A stretch of DNA of 64,000 nucleotides from Curvularia clavata (lineage: Eukaryota). The DNA lies in assembly GCA_023920165.1 (NCBI GenBank), contig CP089279.1, forward strand, positions 1,984,001-2,048,000, given 5' to 3'. Positions 23,706 to 37,700 of this stretch are shown here, piece by piece. Within the stretch, counting starts at the first letter, position 1. Every line of letters begins with the position of its first letter. Under the pieces are notes generated by a model, which saw only the letters and a list, made by a program, of their open reading frames with translations, had not been told where the DNA came from and ran no database searches. Position numbers and translations under genes: made by a program.

Positions 23706-24996
23706 GTCGTGTCATTGCGTGGTCGACATAAGCTATTCCACGAGCCACACACGTCGATCATCACATCCTTGTAATAATACATGACGAAGTACAAGAAAAA
23801 ATTAAGGCGAAATTTCGGTTCTCTCTTGGATGCTACTAGAACTGGAGAAAAAACCTTTTTCACCGCCAAAAGTCATATGTACAATAGAATAACACGGCAT
23901 AGTTTTCTTTGTTCGGACTGACTTTGCTTGTTGTACATATGTGTACGTTGGGGTCCTTTTCTCTGGGTCTTGATATTTCCGGCTCTCTTCTGCCCAGTAT
24001 GGATGGACACCTGTATAGCGTAACTCAAAAAAGATTTCGGTTTTGCTCAATCATGACCATCTTGTCATAGTTCTGTGTAGACTATGGATAGAAAATATAT
24101 TGCACACTTTCAGCGTGACTACCGTTCCGGTTGCTGCGGGTCGTCTTATGCTGCATTGGAAGAGTATCAAGTCAATCACTCACATGGCGGGCCTACAATG
24201 GGAACTTCGCATTCGATAGACTCACGAATCAATACAACACAGCAAGCAGGGAGAGGGAGAAGAAGTGATAACAAAACAGCTTGAGAAAGAAGTCATAACG
24301 TCTTGAATTTCCATATCAGAAGAAGAAAAAAAGCGGTCCAACCCAGCGCGTTCCCTTCTCTCCTGACTCTTCTGCGTGCTACTTTGCACTTTAACAACAA
24401 CAGCCGTTCAAGGTCATCCATCCGGACTGCCCAGTCTTTGTTTCCAAGGTATTTGCGCAACAAAAAGCCCCATATTTTGCCACACCCACGTCCTCCTATG
24501 CCACAGCTTTTCTATGCAGCATTTCCCCTTTCTTACTTTCCTACGCCCCGTTTCGTCCATATTGTACAAGGAACAGATTATGTGTGACTCAGTGTTTGAA
24601 AATATCTGAGCAAAAGAACAGCAACGATAGCAAAAAAACCAAAAAAACAACACAACACAATACAAAGAGGCATGAGTTATGTGGTTAAACAACAACCAAA
24701 AAAGAAGACACACAAGCACACAAGACAAGAATATGCCCCGTACGCCGATGTAGATAAGATGGGAAGGACTTGCAAAAAGATGAAACACCAACAACGACGA
24801 AAGGAAGCATCCGCCCAGAGCTGGAAATGGGGTAATAATCGGAACATCTAACGCCGAAGAAGACTGATGGTAAACAAAAGGCAACGCCGCGCTATACAAG
24901 AGGTAGAGGGGTGCGAAGATGTGGTGGGGAAAATGGGGCGTCACAGCCAAAGCAATGTTAAAGGTAAGATGCAAGTGCAAGAATAAACAAAGGCGG

Positions 24997-26441
24997 CTAG
25001 TTGCCTGCTTTCATCCTCTTGTTGCCTCCCACTCTTGGGCTCTGCTTGACTTTTGACGCACCATTCATCTCTCCACCGTCATCCATCTCCATCTTTGCCG
25101 TACTTCGCCGCCGTTTGTTGTTCATGTTGGGCGAGGTGTTGACGCTCATGGTGTGCGAGCTGGTGCTTTGTTGCTTCATCATAGGCTGTGAATGAGGTGA
25201 CGGTGTGTGGTTGAAATGAGGTGAGCCGCTAGACCCGTTGGGAAGCAGTGAGTTTTGCATTGCAGGCGACATGAACATTTGACCGGGTTGACCAGGTCCC
25301 GAAGGTCGTGCGCCTGGTGGCATGCTAGGCTGCATGCCTTGGGCAGACTGTGGTCCTTGGTTTTGGCCCTGGGGGCCTTGAAGAGCAGCTTGATTGTTAG
25401 ACATGGTTGCGTTCCAAGACTCGAGAGCTTCACTAGGCTTCATATGAGGGTTCTCGAGATAGTGCGCCATCAAGCTAGTCATGTGGTTCATTGGCTCGTA
25501 GATCTAGTCTCGTCAGTGTCAATGCCCATGGAAACAATATGATGGGGAATTTTACCTCAAGATAGTTCTGCAAACCGTGTGGTAAACCAAAGTCGGTAGC
25601 ACCAGCGCTAATCAGCTTGTTGAGTGGCAAATACGGTTCCGGTGGTTCGTGTCCACCTCGCTGCAGGGCTTGTTTCTTGTTCTTCATCCTGGGGGACTGA
25701 GTTGGGTTCATTTGGTTCGGTGAAGGCTGAATGAACATCTGTCTCAGGGAGTTGAGCGGTAGGAATTGTTCATGACCAGAACCATCAAACATCAGCCACT
25801 CCATCTTGTCTGATCCAGACCAAAAGGCAGTCAGCTTGCCATGGTAGATGACTTGGCATGAATTTCTGTATGTGTAGATCAACTTGGCTCGATCGCAAGT
25901 AACCTTGACCTCGTTAGGCCCAACCTTCTCGTTGGCCCCATCCAAGGTAATCTGCAGATTCGTGACGTCGGTGTTGAAGAGGGTATAGAAATACCGGGGC
26001 AGCGCAGCATACACAATCTCAAACTGCTTGGTCCTTTCGGTACTTGCTGAGTAGACCACGTGAACAAAGGACCCGGTTTCCATGAAGAATTTGTCCACAA
26101 AAGCCTGCCACCTGTCTAGGTTATTGTTCTTTTTGTTTTCCTCCGGACCGACGTCAAACCTCCCTATTTGATCCGTAAAGTTCAGTAGCTTCAGGGTACC
26201 TTGGCCTAAAGCTTGTTTGTTCTGATGCATCAGCGCCATATTACGAGCATGATTTTGCTGTGCGTTTGCCTGGGCCTGAGCTGCTGCTTGTTGCATTAAT
26301 GCTGGATTCCGTGCTTGCATTTGAGCTTGCATTTGAGCTTGCTGGGTCGCTTGCTGGGGCAGGTTAGGTGGTTGCGCAGGGGCAGGAGTCTGCTGTTGTT
26401 GGCCGGGCCCTGACTGTGCTGGTTGTTGTGCTGGTTGTGGC

Positions 26442-26479
<38 letters not shown>

Positions 26480-27605
26480 GGCTTGCTGCTGCTGGGCTTG
26501 CTGTTGAGCTTGCTGAGCCTGTTGCTGAGCCTGTTGCTGAGCCTGCTGCTGAGCTTGTTGTGCTTGCTGGGCCTGTTGCGCTTGTTGTGCCTGTTGTTGT
26601 TGCTGCTGCTGCTGAGCCTGTTGTGCTTGTTGCTGCTGCTGCTGTTGCTGCTGTTGCTGCTGGGCTTGCTGCTGAGCTTGTTGCTGATGTTGCTGTTGAG
26701 CTTGCTGTTGCTGATGTTGCTGAGCCTGCTGTTGCTGTTGGTGCTGTTGTTGTTGCGGTGGTGGCTGCGGCTGCTGCTGGGGTGTGGGTTGGGGAGCTGG
26801 CGAAGACTGGCCCTGGTGGCTCCCTATCGCTGAAGGAGGACGAAGAGGGCCTTGCTGAGGCTGCGAAGTCTGCTGGGGCCCTTGATTCCCTCCCTGGCTA
26901 TGATTGCTTGATTGTGACTGAGCATGTTGCATTGCGATGGCCTGCTGCTGCTGCATCTGTTGGTGTTGCTGATGAGCATGCGCCATGGCGGCCTGATGTT
27001 GTGGCCCTCCAGGTTGCCCCATTTGCTGTTGCTGTTGAAGCAGGTGTGGTGGAAGATTGACAAAAGGGCCTTGACCCAGCTGTCCGTTTCGCATCGCCTG
27101 TAGCTGTTGGGCTTGGGCTGGGTTCATGTTTGCCATGGGGTTCTGGAATCCCATGCCCATATTACCTTGCTGCTGGGCAAGCATTGCTTGTTGCTGTTGG
27201 CGATGCAAAAATGCTTGCTGGGCAGTCCTCTGCTGCTGCATAAGTGCAGGATTCACTGTGGCTCTTGTCAGCCGAGAGTCCGTCTATATTGGTACAAGTG
27301 GGGGAGAACTTACTCATCTGGTGTTGCTGTTGCTGCTGTTGCTGCTGCTGGGGGAACATGTGCGCTTGCTGGGGCTGCAAGTGGGAGAGGGCGTGGGCGT
27401 TGGGTCCTCCCATGCCTCCCGGCTGCATGCCACCCATCATAGGACCTGCCTGACTAACGGGACCATTGGGACCCGAGACGTGTTGCATACCCGGCGGCAT
27501 TCCAGGCTGTCCTGGGTTTGGGCCTGGACCTCCCATGCCTGGGTGCGCATGAGGCATACCTTGTGGGTGCATGCCACCATTGTGAGGATAGCTCGTGGTC
27601 ATCAT
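24997..27605 (-). CDS. LIM-domain-binding (LDB/SEUSS-like) transcriptional co-regulator, Mfg1/PtaB type
   Basis: Exons 27605-27314, 27255-25556, 25503-24997. Q/M/P-rich N-terminus, LIM_bind-like core (WQAFVDKFF, KQFEIVYAALPRYF), C-terminal NLS-like NKRRRS. Confidence 0.85.
26391..26779 (-). repeat. Coding poly-glutamine / (QQQA)n trinucleotide repeat
   Basis: Long run of CAG/CAA codons interspersed with GCT/GCC/CAT inside exon 2 of the Mfg1/PtaB-like gene. Confidence 0.95.
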
Positions 27606-28874
27606 CTTGGTGCCTCTTTGCTATGGGCCGCGGCCTCGCAGTCGCGGGAAAAGACTTGGGAAGATGTAGGACGCGCAGGAAGAAGGTGGGAAGACAGGTT
27701 GGCAAAGTGTAGATAGAGGGAAGAAGCGGACTGCAAGATGAGCAAACCAATGCTACTGGTTGCAGATCATGCGTGCTCTGGAGGTCGCGTCGAGAGTACC
27801 AGAAGGCGTGACGGATTGGAGACGATCAAGGGCAGTCTAGTCGTCCCGAGGGGATATGGATAGAATGCACGTTTGTGAGATGCAGCAGGATGATGGGGTG
27901 GCCGCGCCGAAGTCGCGATGGGCGCGATGGAGGTGGTTCGGGCAGCGGTCGGTCTTAGCCGGAGAAGCAGGAGATGGGGCGAGTGAGTCGAGTAGGGCTG
28001 CGCGAGGATGCAGCGCGACGCTCACGGGTGCAGGGAGGTGGTGTTGATGTCCGAGTAGGGCGCGGGAGCTGGCGCGCTGTCGTGTTGGGGGATATCGTGT
28101 CCGGTGGTATCGTGTCGCATCCGTCCCGCCAGCACAGCGGTGGAGCAGGGGAGGAGCGAGGCGGCACTGAGGCTGCAATGGGGGTGCAAGGGCGGGTGTG
28201 TCCGTACACGTCGTGTTATGCGACGGAGCCTCTGGTGCAGACGGTGGTGGTAGGATCCAGGGCCAGGGACGGTGCCAGGGACGCGGGCGTCGAGTGGTGG
28301 AGTTCTGGTGTGGTGAGAGGTGATGGGCGCATGGCCTCGCCGAAGATCAGCGCTGGTTAGGGGGCCGTTTCGGTATCGCGCGAAAAGCTGCGTGGCTGGG
28401 CACCCAATCTATCCGGCCGCCAGTGCAGTCAGGCCTCAGACTCAGTCTGTGTGCACCGACACAACAAAAAGCGCCCACTGTGCGGCTGCTGTCGTCTCGT
28501 CTGGCTGCGATGCGCAATCAAAGACGTCTGCACCCGCCGTCGTCTATGCTGCCTTGCTCGCTGGCGCCCTCTGTCCGCCGCCCTCAGCCCTCATGACGAT
28601 TTCAAATAATGCCGCTTACCCATCCGGGACGTGCACGTGATGCGCGCGGGCTTGGCGCGCTAGTCGAGCGTCGTACTTTTCTTCCCTCGCGACGTGCCTC
28701 TTCTCTCGCCCACTCTCTCGCATCGCATCGCACCCCATCGCAGCAACAGCGCAGCGCATGGCCGGCACGCGTATGCGCACACCCACTGGCTCCGGGCTGC
28801 TGCGTGCAATATCATGACGCCCCGGAGCCAGCGCTGGGCACCTGGTAAGTGCGCTCCCTTTTCTTTGCTTTTTT

Positions 28875-28988
28875 GGAATGATTATACCTCAGCAACTTCT
28901 TTTCCATGCCGATTCGACCTTGAAGAAAGCAGCGCTGTTCGGGTGCCTTCGCAGGGCGCCTGCTACTTGCCAGTACTGCCGTCTGACC
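28875..28988 (+). ncRNA. snR190: Box C/D snoRNA snR190 homolog (intronic)
   Basis: C box ATGATTA 28878-84, D' CCGA 28909-12, C' TTGAAGA 28920-26, D box CTGA 28983-86. The segments CTTCTTTTCC..CCGATTCGACC and CTTGCCAGT match the yeast snR190 sequence as I recall it. The guide can pair with LSU rRNA GGGAAAGAAG. It lies upstream of U14, as in yeast. Confidence 0.75.
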
Positions 28989-29325
28989 TTACTCACGATG
29001 CCCCAATAATTTAGCTTTCTCTTCTCGTCAGACTGCTAACATCTCCCAAGCATATGCAGGTTCCGCTTTGATTGCTCCGACCGATGTCCGTCCTCGGTGC
29101 TTACTCGCAACCATCGCCTCTCATACATTAGGCAGTGATGCGGCACTGCGCCTCTGCCATTAGCGGTATCGGCAATAGAACAACGCCCCTCCTATGTGGC
29201 TCTGTCGTGTGGCTCTGTCCGGGTGCTGGGTTATTCAGGGCTGCGACTGATTATCTTGTTCAGAGGAAGCTATTACAGGTTAGTCGGCTACGTTTTTTTT
29301 TCACGCCTTCTTTCCCACCATTTTC

Positions 29326-29423
29326 ATGATGAAACATTTCCACATTCGCAGTTTCCACGCTAGCCATCAATTGAACCTACAACCGATGGTCAATGAGCGC
29401 GAATACCTTCCTTGGATGTCTGA
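29326..29423 (+). ncRNA. U14: U14 (snR128) box C/D snoRNA (intronic)
   Basis: C box ATGATGA 29326-32. Domain A CATTCGCAGTTTC 29343-55 is antisense to 18S GAAACTGCGAATG. Domain B CCTTCCTTGGATGT 29406-19 is antisense to 18S ACATCCAAGGAAGG and is directly followed by D box CTGA 29420-23. Confidence 0.95.
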
Positions 29424-30149
29424 CCCTTTATTAATCCTGTCCTGTCTTTGCTCATACTTTTATTATCGCGCAACTACTGACAGATGCAAACAGATGCTGT
29501 TGCTTAGTAGCAAAGCTAGCTTGGTTTGAAGCACATGAGTCCTTCGACCGTGTCGTGCAAAGCTTGTGCGACACATGTAGAAGAGCCCGTCAGGTAGATA
29601 GATAGATAGATATATAAATGCTGTTTTTCTGCAATGCTTGCCCACGAATATGCTCCACCACTTCATTGATGTGATGCCGGCGACGGTTGCTTCTGCAATA
29701 TCCAGCGGAAATGCACCAGTCATAGACGTCAACCCTTGCCTGTGGCCGTAGTAGATTCTGCGTCTTATCCCTGGCGACCTTGAGCTAAATACCTCGCTGG
29801 GTGCTTTCTTTCTTTTTCCGAGCAAGCCCGTTGGTAGCGTAGGTCTGTGGGCTTTGAGGGCAAGTCTGCATACTGCAAACCATGCTGCAGTTACAAAGCA
29901 AAAGCCCAAGTACATGTTTCGGCATGTGTCTGCAGCCATGATCAAGTGCCAAGCGCTAACAGCCTCCCCCGGCGTCATCTGTCGCAGTCGCATAGCGCTA
30001 GAGTTACCCTGGTCAGAGCTCCCAGCCCACTTCGACGGCTTGACCTTCAACTTCGTCTCGCAACGATCTCCGAGGCTACAGACCGACCGCGGCCCTCGAA
30101 GTAATCCCGAGCGACTCTACATCTCTACGAACCGCTCACTACCGCCACC

Positions 30150-32034
<1,885 letters not shown>

Positions 32035-32716
32035 GTGTGTAGTTTTGTGTGCGTTTGCGTCAAGGATGGAGTAGCGATGGCCTTGTTTGGCAACCATCCA
32101 AAGTGGTTGTGTGATACTGCATTAAATACATGAAGTTACCTTATTTGACTTTGAGATGATGGCTTGTGAATAGGAACCACTATGCCATGACAATTGTTTT
32201 ATTTGATAACTATCCTTGATGTAGACAACTGCATTTGACCTGGGAGACTACAAAATCGTGGCTTATCTACTTGGACTTGAAATCCCCCTTGGGAGCATCA
32301 GTGTTGGAAAAAATGAAAATATTCAGAAGTTTCTACAGTTCTTACTAGAATTGCCGCATATCAATATAGCTGTGCTGATAGCCGTGCTTATCTCATAGTG
32401 AAGATGGATTGCTGTTTACATGAGGCAGTTCTATCTGTCTCACCTCAAGCACGTGCTGTCCACAGCGAAGATGAACTGCCGTTTACAGTGCCATTTCTGT
32501 CTGGTTCCCTTCGAGCACGTGCCTCATCAATTTCCCCGTCAAACGAGTGGTGAAGGTGAGAAGGTCCGTTTGTCGCTGTGGCTGGCACTTAAACCAGAAA
32601 TCCTCTCCAATACTTCGGTTCCGACAACAACAACCACAGCCAGCGCCAACAGCAGCAAGAAGCGCAGCAGCAACAGTAGAATACACAAGCCTCACGTTTA
32701 GACAGAAACTAACAAA

Positions 32717-33476
32717 ATGAGCGGCCTCCCACCGCCAGGGCTCCCACTGCCAAAGCTGTAAGTTGACCTCCAGTCATTTAGTTGATGCGGCCACCACCGC
32801 TTTTTGTTTTCTTTGGGTGCTTTGATTATGGTTTGTGTTATTACATGGGGGTGGGGCAAGGTAAGAAGAGGCACTTGGCAGACGACTACAGCGGTGCCTG
32901 TATGGCAAGACACCGGACGACAAGCAACAACCAATGGTCACTACGAATAGGCTTGGAACCAGTGAACACGAGTAAGTCCTCCTAAAGCGATAACAGCCCA
33001 GGAAGACTAACATTTCATCCCGACTAGGCTACTTTTACAGCCCAAACATGTTTAGCTTGAACTATAGCAACAATTCCCTTGTTGCCGTCAACAAATCCTG
33101 CCATCTCGACCCGCAGGGTTATAACTGAAGGGCCAAATCCAAGAAGGGGTTGAGGGAACAAGATAAAGACCCGGGATGCTTTTCAAAGGGTTAATGCTTA
33201 AGACTTTGAAGGGTATATGCTGATCTAAGCAACAGGCAGGAGAAACCTACGATAACTTTCGAGGAGTCGCTCCCTGAAGCGGTCAAGGCTCAGATACTCG
33301 TGGCCCTCTTGGAGCGCCGAGACCCGTACTCAGATATTGACAAGTTCATGTACGGGGTTGTGCACCCGAGGTTTCACCCAACAAATGCCTGGGGCACGCG
33401 AGTGCATGTGACCAAGGGCTGGCACCAAGAACGTATAAAACATTATACGGTCGAGCTGTGGGTCCTGTGGGAATAG
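32717..33476 (+). pseudogene. Possible degraded multi-exon gene of unknown family
   Basis: ATG 32717 is followed by GTAAGT donors (32758, 32972), an ACTAAC...TAG acceptor (33027), a CAG acceptor (33235) and an ~80-codon terminal frame ending TAG 33476. The pieces do not join without an internal TGA and a frameshift. Confidence 0.3.
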
Positions 33477-33955
33477 TAAGTTCCCAAGCTAATTTGGTTC
33501 AATGTAGCAGGCTGTATTGACATTTACTTAGCAGTTCGGAGTGGCATGGCACTGCCCATATCTATACCAATAATTCAGAAAGTATAGAGTGGTGGCATGA
33601 CCGCCACAAGGGAAAGAGAAACATCAGGCATAAGCGAGCAGGCGAAGAGAACTATGTGCTCTGCAGCGTAAGTGCTAGCCGATGGCCAAGAAGAAGAAGA
33701 AGATTTGGCAAATTTCTGACTTTGACCAGACCGAGAACCTCCCTGGGTGGCGCAACGCACCACGCCCGCCGTGGATTCCAATCCCGTACACGCCTCTTCT
33801 TGACGTAAGTGTTTCTTGCCTATGAGTATTCTTGAGTGTATGCTGTGGCGGAGGCTTCGTGATAACCCAGCTCTTTTGTTGTTTTTATCTCTATTTATAC
33901 AAGCTAACATTAGCTTTCCAGCGCGATTACTCCAGAGAGGATTCAGACGCGCGAG

Positions 33956-34480
33956 CTAGACCTGACTTGGTGGAGCCTCTGCGGTACGAAGACGGCGTTC
34001 CATCTCCGCCTCCGACGCCTGTCTCCGTCCCGGCCTTCGGGTACTTTCGTCCATAATCACCGCCGCCTCCGCCTCTCTCTGGCCTGGCCTTCGGGCAGTC
34101 TCGTTCATAACTTCCCCGGTATGTGTATAGAAACCCCCCAATAGCCCCCACATTCTCTGCCTCAGGCCCTCAAACGGTTGTTCGCCTGGTCTTGGGTTCA
34201 TTGGATCCTTCCTGAAGTCGTGGAATAAGACGCCGTAAACAACAATGAAGCCGATCATACTCCATTGCGCTACTCTGATCCACTTATCCCACACGGGTCG
34301 CATGGATTTCAACTTGATGCGTCGCTTGAACTTGCGCTCGAACCGGAATTGCTGCTTTTCGGTCAGGGCGCGGAAATTTGGCGGCCACTTCTTCTTGACG
34401 TGGTACTTGTTGCGCGCAAAGTCGAAGGGAGGCAGCCTGTTTTCATGGCGACCAAGGAGGCGATTGAGGAGGCGCAGCAT
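33956..34480 (-). CDS. Conserved fungal hypothetical single-TM protein, probably mitochondrial
   Basis: MLRLLNRLLGR start, WPPNF..L..KQQFRFERKFKRR motif, TM segment WSMIGFIVVYGVLF. Confidence 0.7.
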   Translation of the reverse strand: MLRLLNRLLGRHENRLPPFDFARNKYHVKKKWPPNFRALTEKQQFRFERKFKRRIKLKSMRPVWDKWIRVAQWSMIGFIVVYGVLFHDFRKDPMNPRPGEQPFEGLRQRMWGLLGGFYTHTGEVMNETARRPGQREAEAAVIMDESTRRPGRRQASEAEMERRLRTAEAPPSQV

Positions 34481-34755
34481 CTTCAACAGCCTTTCCGACG
34501 CGACGACAGCGGGAGGGTGACTTATGCGACTGATGGATTGGCGACGCAGATTTTGGATGTAGCTTGACCTCGACTGACGTTCGTTACAGAATCCCACGCT
34601 CGACCCCACTAAAATCCGAACTCTTGGCGCACGTCTACCACCCCACTCCGAACTTCTACCCTGACTCCACCACCTACAGTCTCGCCCACGCCACCACCCA
34701 CAACCTCCTGTTTTCACTTCTTACGCTCTCTAATTCATTGTCTGGAACATTGTTC

Positions 34756-37700
34756 ATGGCTGAGACCACAAAATCTAGCGACGCGCCCAAGAGCGCAGTC
34801 GCTGCAACACTTGAGCAACTCAAACCCCAAGAGGCTGAGTCAAAGACGCTCAAAATTGAGAACACTGATAAGCGCGACACCTTGATCGCAGAGGAGAAGA
34901 AATACCAGCAGTCATGGGCAGACCAGGGTGTATTCAACCCAGAAGCACCCTCGCTTGACGAGGAGCCGTTTGACACCACCACTCCAGACCAGCTACACGA
35001 GAAATTCCCCAAGTGGCTCGGCTGCTTCGCTTACCCGTACATGAACGGCACTTTGCATGCTGGTCATGGCTTCACTGCAAGTAAAGTCGAGTTTACGGCT
35101 GGCTTTCAGAGGATGCTGGGCAAGCGAGTGCTTTTTCCGTTGGGATGGCACGTCACTGGTATGCCTATCAAAGCATGTGCCGACAAGCTTGTCAGAGAGG
35201 TGGAGATGTTCGGTCAGAACTTCGAGCGTTGCCCAGTCGAGGACGTCATTGAGACCACCGTACCAGAGCCTCCGGCTCCCACTCAAGCTGAGACCAAGAC
35301 CGACATCACCAAGTTCAAGGCTCAGAAAGGCAAGGCAGCTGCTAAGACTGTCAAGACCAAGTACCAGTTCCAGATTATGCTCGCTCAAGGCATACCTCTT
35401 GAAGAGATACACAAATTCTCTGATCCCTACCACTGGATAGAATTTTTCCCTCCGCTCGCAAAGAAGGACCTCACAGCATTCGGCGCCAGGATAGACTGGA
35501 GACGTCAGTTTGTCACAACAGACGCAAACCCCTACTATGACAGCTTCGTTGCTTGGCAAATGCGACGGCTGAAGGCAATGGGCAAGATCATCTTCGCTAA
35601 GCGATACACCGTCTACAGTCCTAAGGATGGCCAGGCCTGCATGGATCACGACAGACAGTCTGGAGAAGGTGTCACTGTCCAGGAATATACAGCCTTGAAG
35701 ATGAAGGTGGTAAAATGGGCTGACTCAGCCAAAGCACACGTCGCTGGTGTTCCTGAAGGCGCTTCCTGCTACTTCGTTCCTGCTACACTCCGCCCTGAGA
35801 CTATGTACGGCCAGACTTCCTGCTTTGTGGGTCCTTCAATCACCTACTCCCTGGTCAAGATCTCTGACAACGAGTACTTCATCCTGAGCGAGCGGGCCGC
35901 AAGAAACATGGCGTATCAGGGTACCACTGCCAAATGGGGCGATTATTCGATCGTTGCTACATTCCCCGGTAAAGACGTCATCGGTACAGTCGTCAACGCT
36001 CCTCTCTCCGTTCACAAGGAAGTTTACATTCTGCCAATGGAGACCGTTAAAGACACCAAGGGCACGGCTGTCGTTACCTGCGTCCCATCCGACTCGCCCG
36101 ATGACTACATCACGTCATTTGACCTAGCCAAGAAGGCGGAGTATTATGGCATCCAGAAAGAATGGGTCAAGTTTGATGATCTGCTTGGTATCATAGAGAC
36201 ACCATCCTACGGAAAACTCACGGCCCAGAAGCTGGTTGAAGAGATGAAGATCCAATCGCCCAAGGACTCTGCAAAGCTCGCCGAGGCAAAGGAAAAGGCC
36301 TACAAGGAAGGCTTCTACAAGGGCAAAATGATCTATGGCGACTTCAGCGGTAAGCCGGTTGAGGAGGCTAAGCCATTGGTCCGTAAGCAGCTCATCGATT
36401 CCGGTCTCGCTTTCCCTTACGCCGAACCTGACGGCAAGGTTATCAGCCGTAGTGGAGATGACTGTGTCGCAGCCTTGCTTGACCAGTGGTACATGAATTA
36501 CGGCACAGCAGCTAATGGCGGTGACGGCGAGTGGGCCGAAAAGGTTCGATCGCATATCGAGGGCGAACTCAATCTCTACTACCCCGAGGCGAAGAACCAG
36601 TTCTTGCGCGTCGTCGACTGGCTGGGCATCTGGGCATGCGCTCGATCATACGGCCTGGGAACCAAGGTGCCTTGGGACCCGAGTGTCATGGTTGAGAGTT
36701 TGTCCGACAGTACAATCTACCAGGCTTACTACTCGTTCGCTCATTTGCTGCACAAGGACATGTTTGGCAAGGAGCCTGGACCTCTTGGCATCAAGCCTGA
36801 CCAAATGACTGACGAAGCCTGGGACTACGTCTTTGCTCTCCGCGACCGAAGCGATGTCCCACAGTCAACCATTCCTAAGCAAGCGCTAGAGACTATGCGA
36901 CGTCACTTCGACTACTGGTACCCGCTCGACCAACGATCGTCCGGCAAGGATCTGATTCAGAACCATCTTACAATGAACCTCTACGTACACGCCGCGATAT
37001 TCCCGAAGGAGAACTGGCCACGCAGCTTCCGTGTCAACGGCCACTTGCTACTCAACGGCGACAAGATGAGCAAATCTACTGGCAACTTTTTGACAATTGC
37101 TGGCGCAGTTCAAAAGTTTGGTGCAGATGCTACACGTATTGCGCTTGCCGACGCAGGAGACGAAATTTCGGATGCCAACTTTGAGGAATCTGTCGCCAAC
37201 AGCAACATCTTGAAGCTATTTGAGCTGCGCAAGTGGTGCGAGGAATTGGTGAATGAGGCCATTTACGTCCCTGATGCGACAGCATACATGGAGAAGAAGA
37301 CCAACGAGCGCATGAAGAATCCCGATGTGATCCAGCGACAAAGTGGCAGCGAGCGTCTCCTGTTTGACAAGATGTTCGACAATGAGATGAACGTCCTCGT
37401 CCACGAAGCCTTTGCGCACTACTCTAACACATCTTACAAGCTGGCTCTCAAGTCTGCATTCTACGACTTCACCAGCGCACGTGACTTCTACCGTGAAGCT
37501 ACCAAGGCGGCAGGTATCGGCATGCACCAAGACCTTGTCAAGAAGTTCATTGAGCTCCAGGCCCTCCTCCTAACTCCCCTCGCGCCGCATTGGTCAGAAT
37601 ACATCTGGCTTGAGGTACTCAAGAACAAGGAGACGATCCAGAATGCTCTCTGGCCAAAGGTCCCTGAAGCCGATCCATCACTCACAGCCGCTCGCGAATT

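Larger units (their letters stand above)
28845..29493 (+). ncRNA. Spliced non-coding snoRNA host transcript (intron span shown; true ends unknown)
   Basis: Intron 1: GTAAGT 28845, GCTAAC 29035, AAG 29050. Micro-exon 29051-29059. Intron 2: GTTCCG 29060, ACTGAT 29246, CAG 29263. Micro-exon 29264-29278. Intron 3: GTTAGT 29279, ACTGAC 29476, CAG 29493. No credible ORF. Confidence 0.7.

Noticed and set aside
26368..27060. Poly-Leu and poly-Ala/Val ORFs on the + strand
   Set aside because: Antisense shadows of the polyQ tract.
34564..34755. Non-AUG N-terminal extension of LeuRS
   Set aside because: The frame is open from a TTG, but the peptide is not presequence-like and lies in the 275-bp bidirectional promoter. 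ATG 34756 is the parsimonious start.
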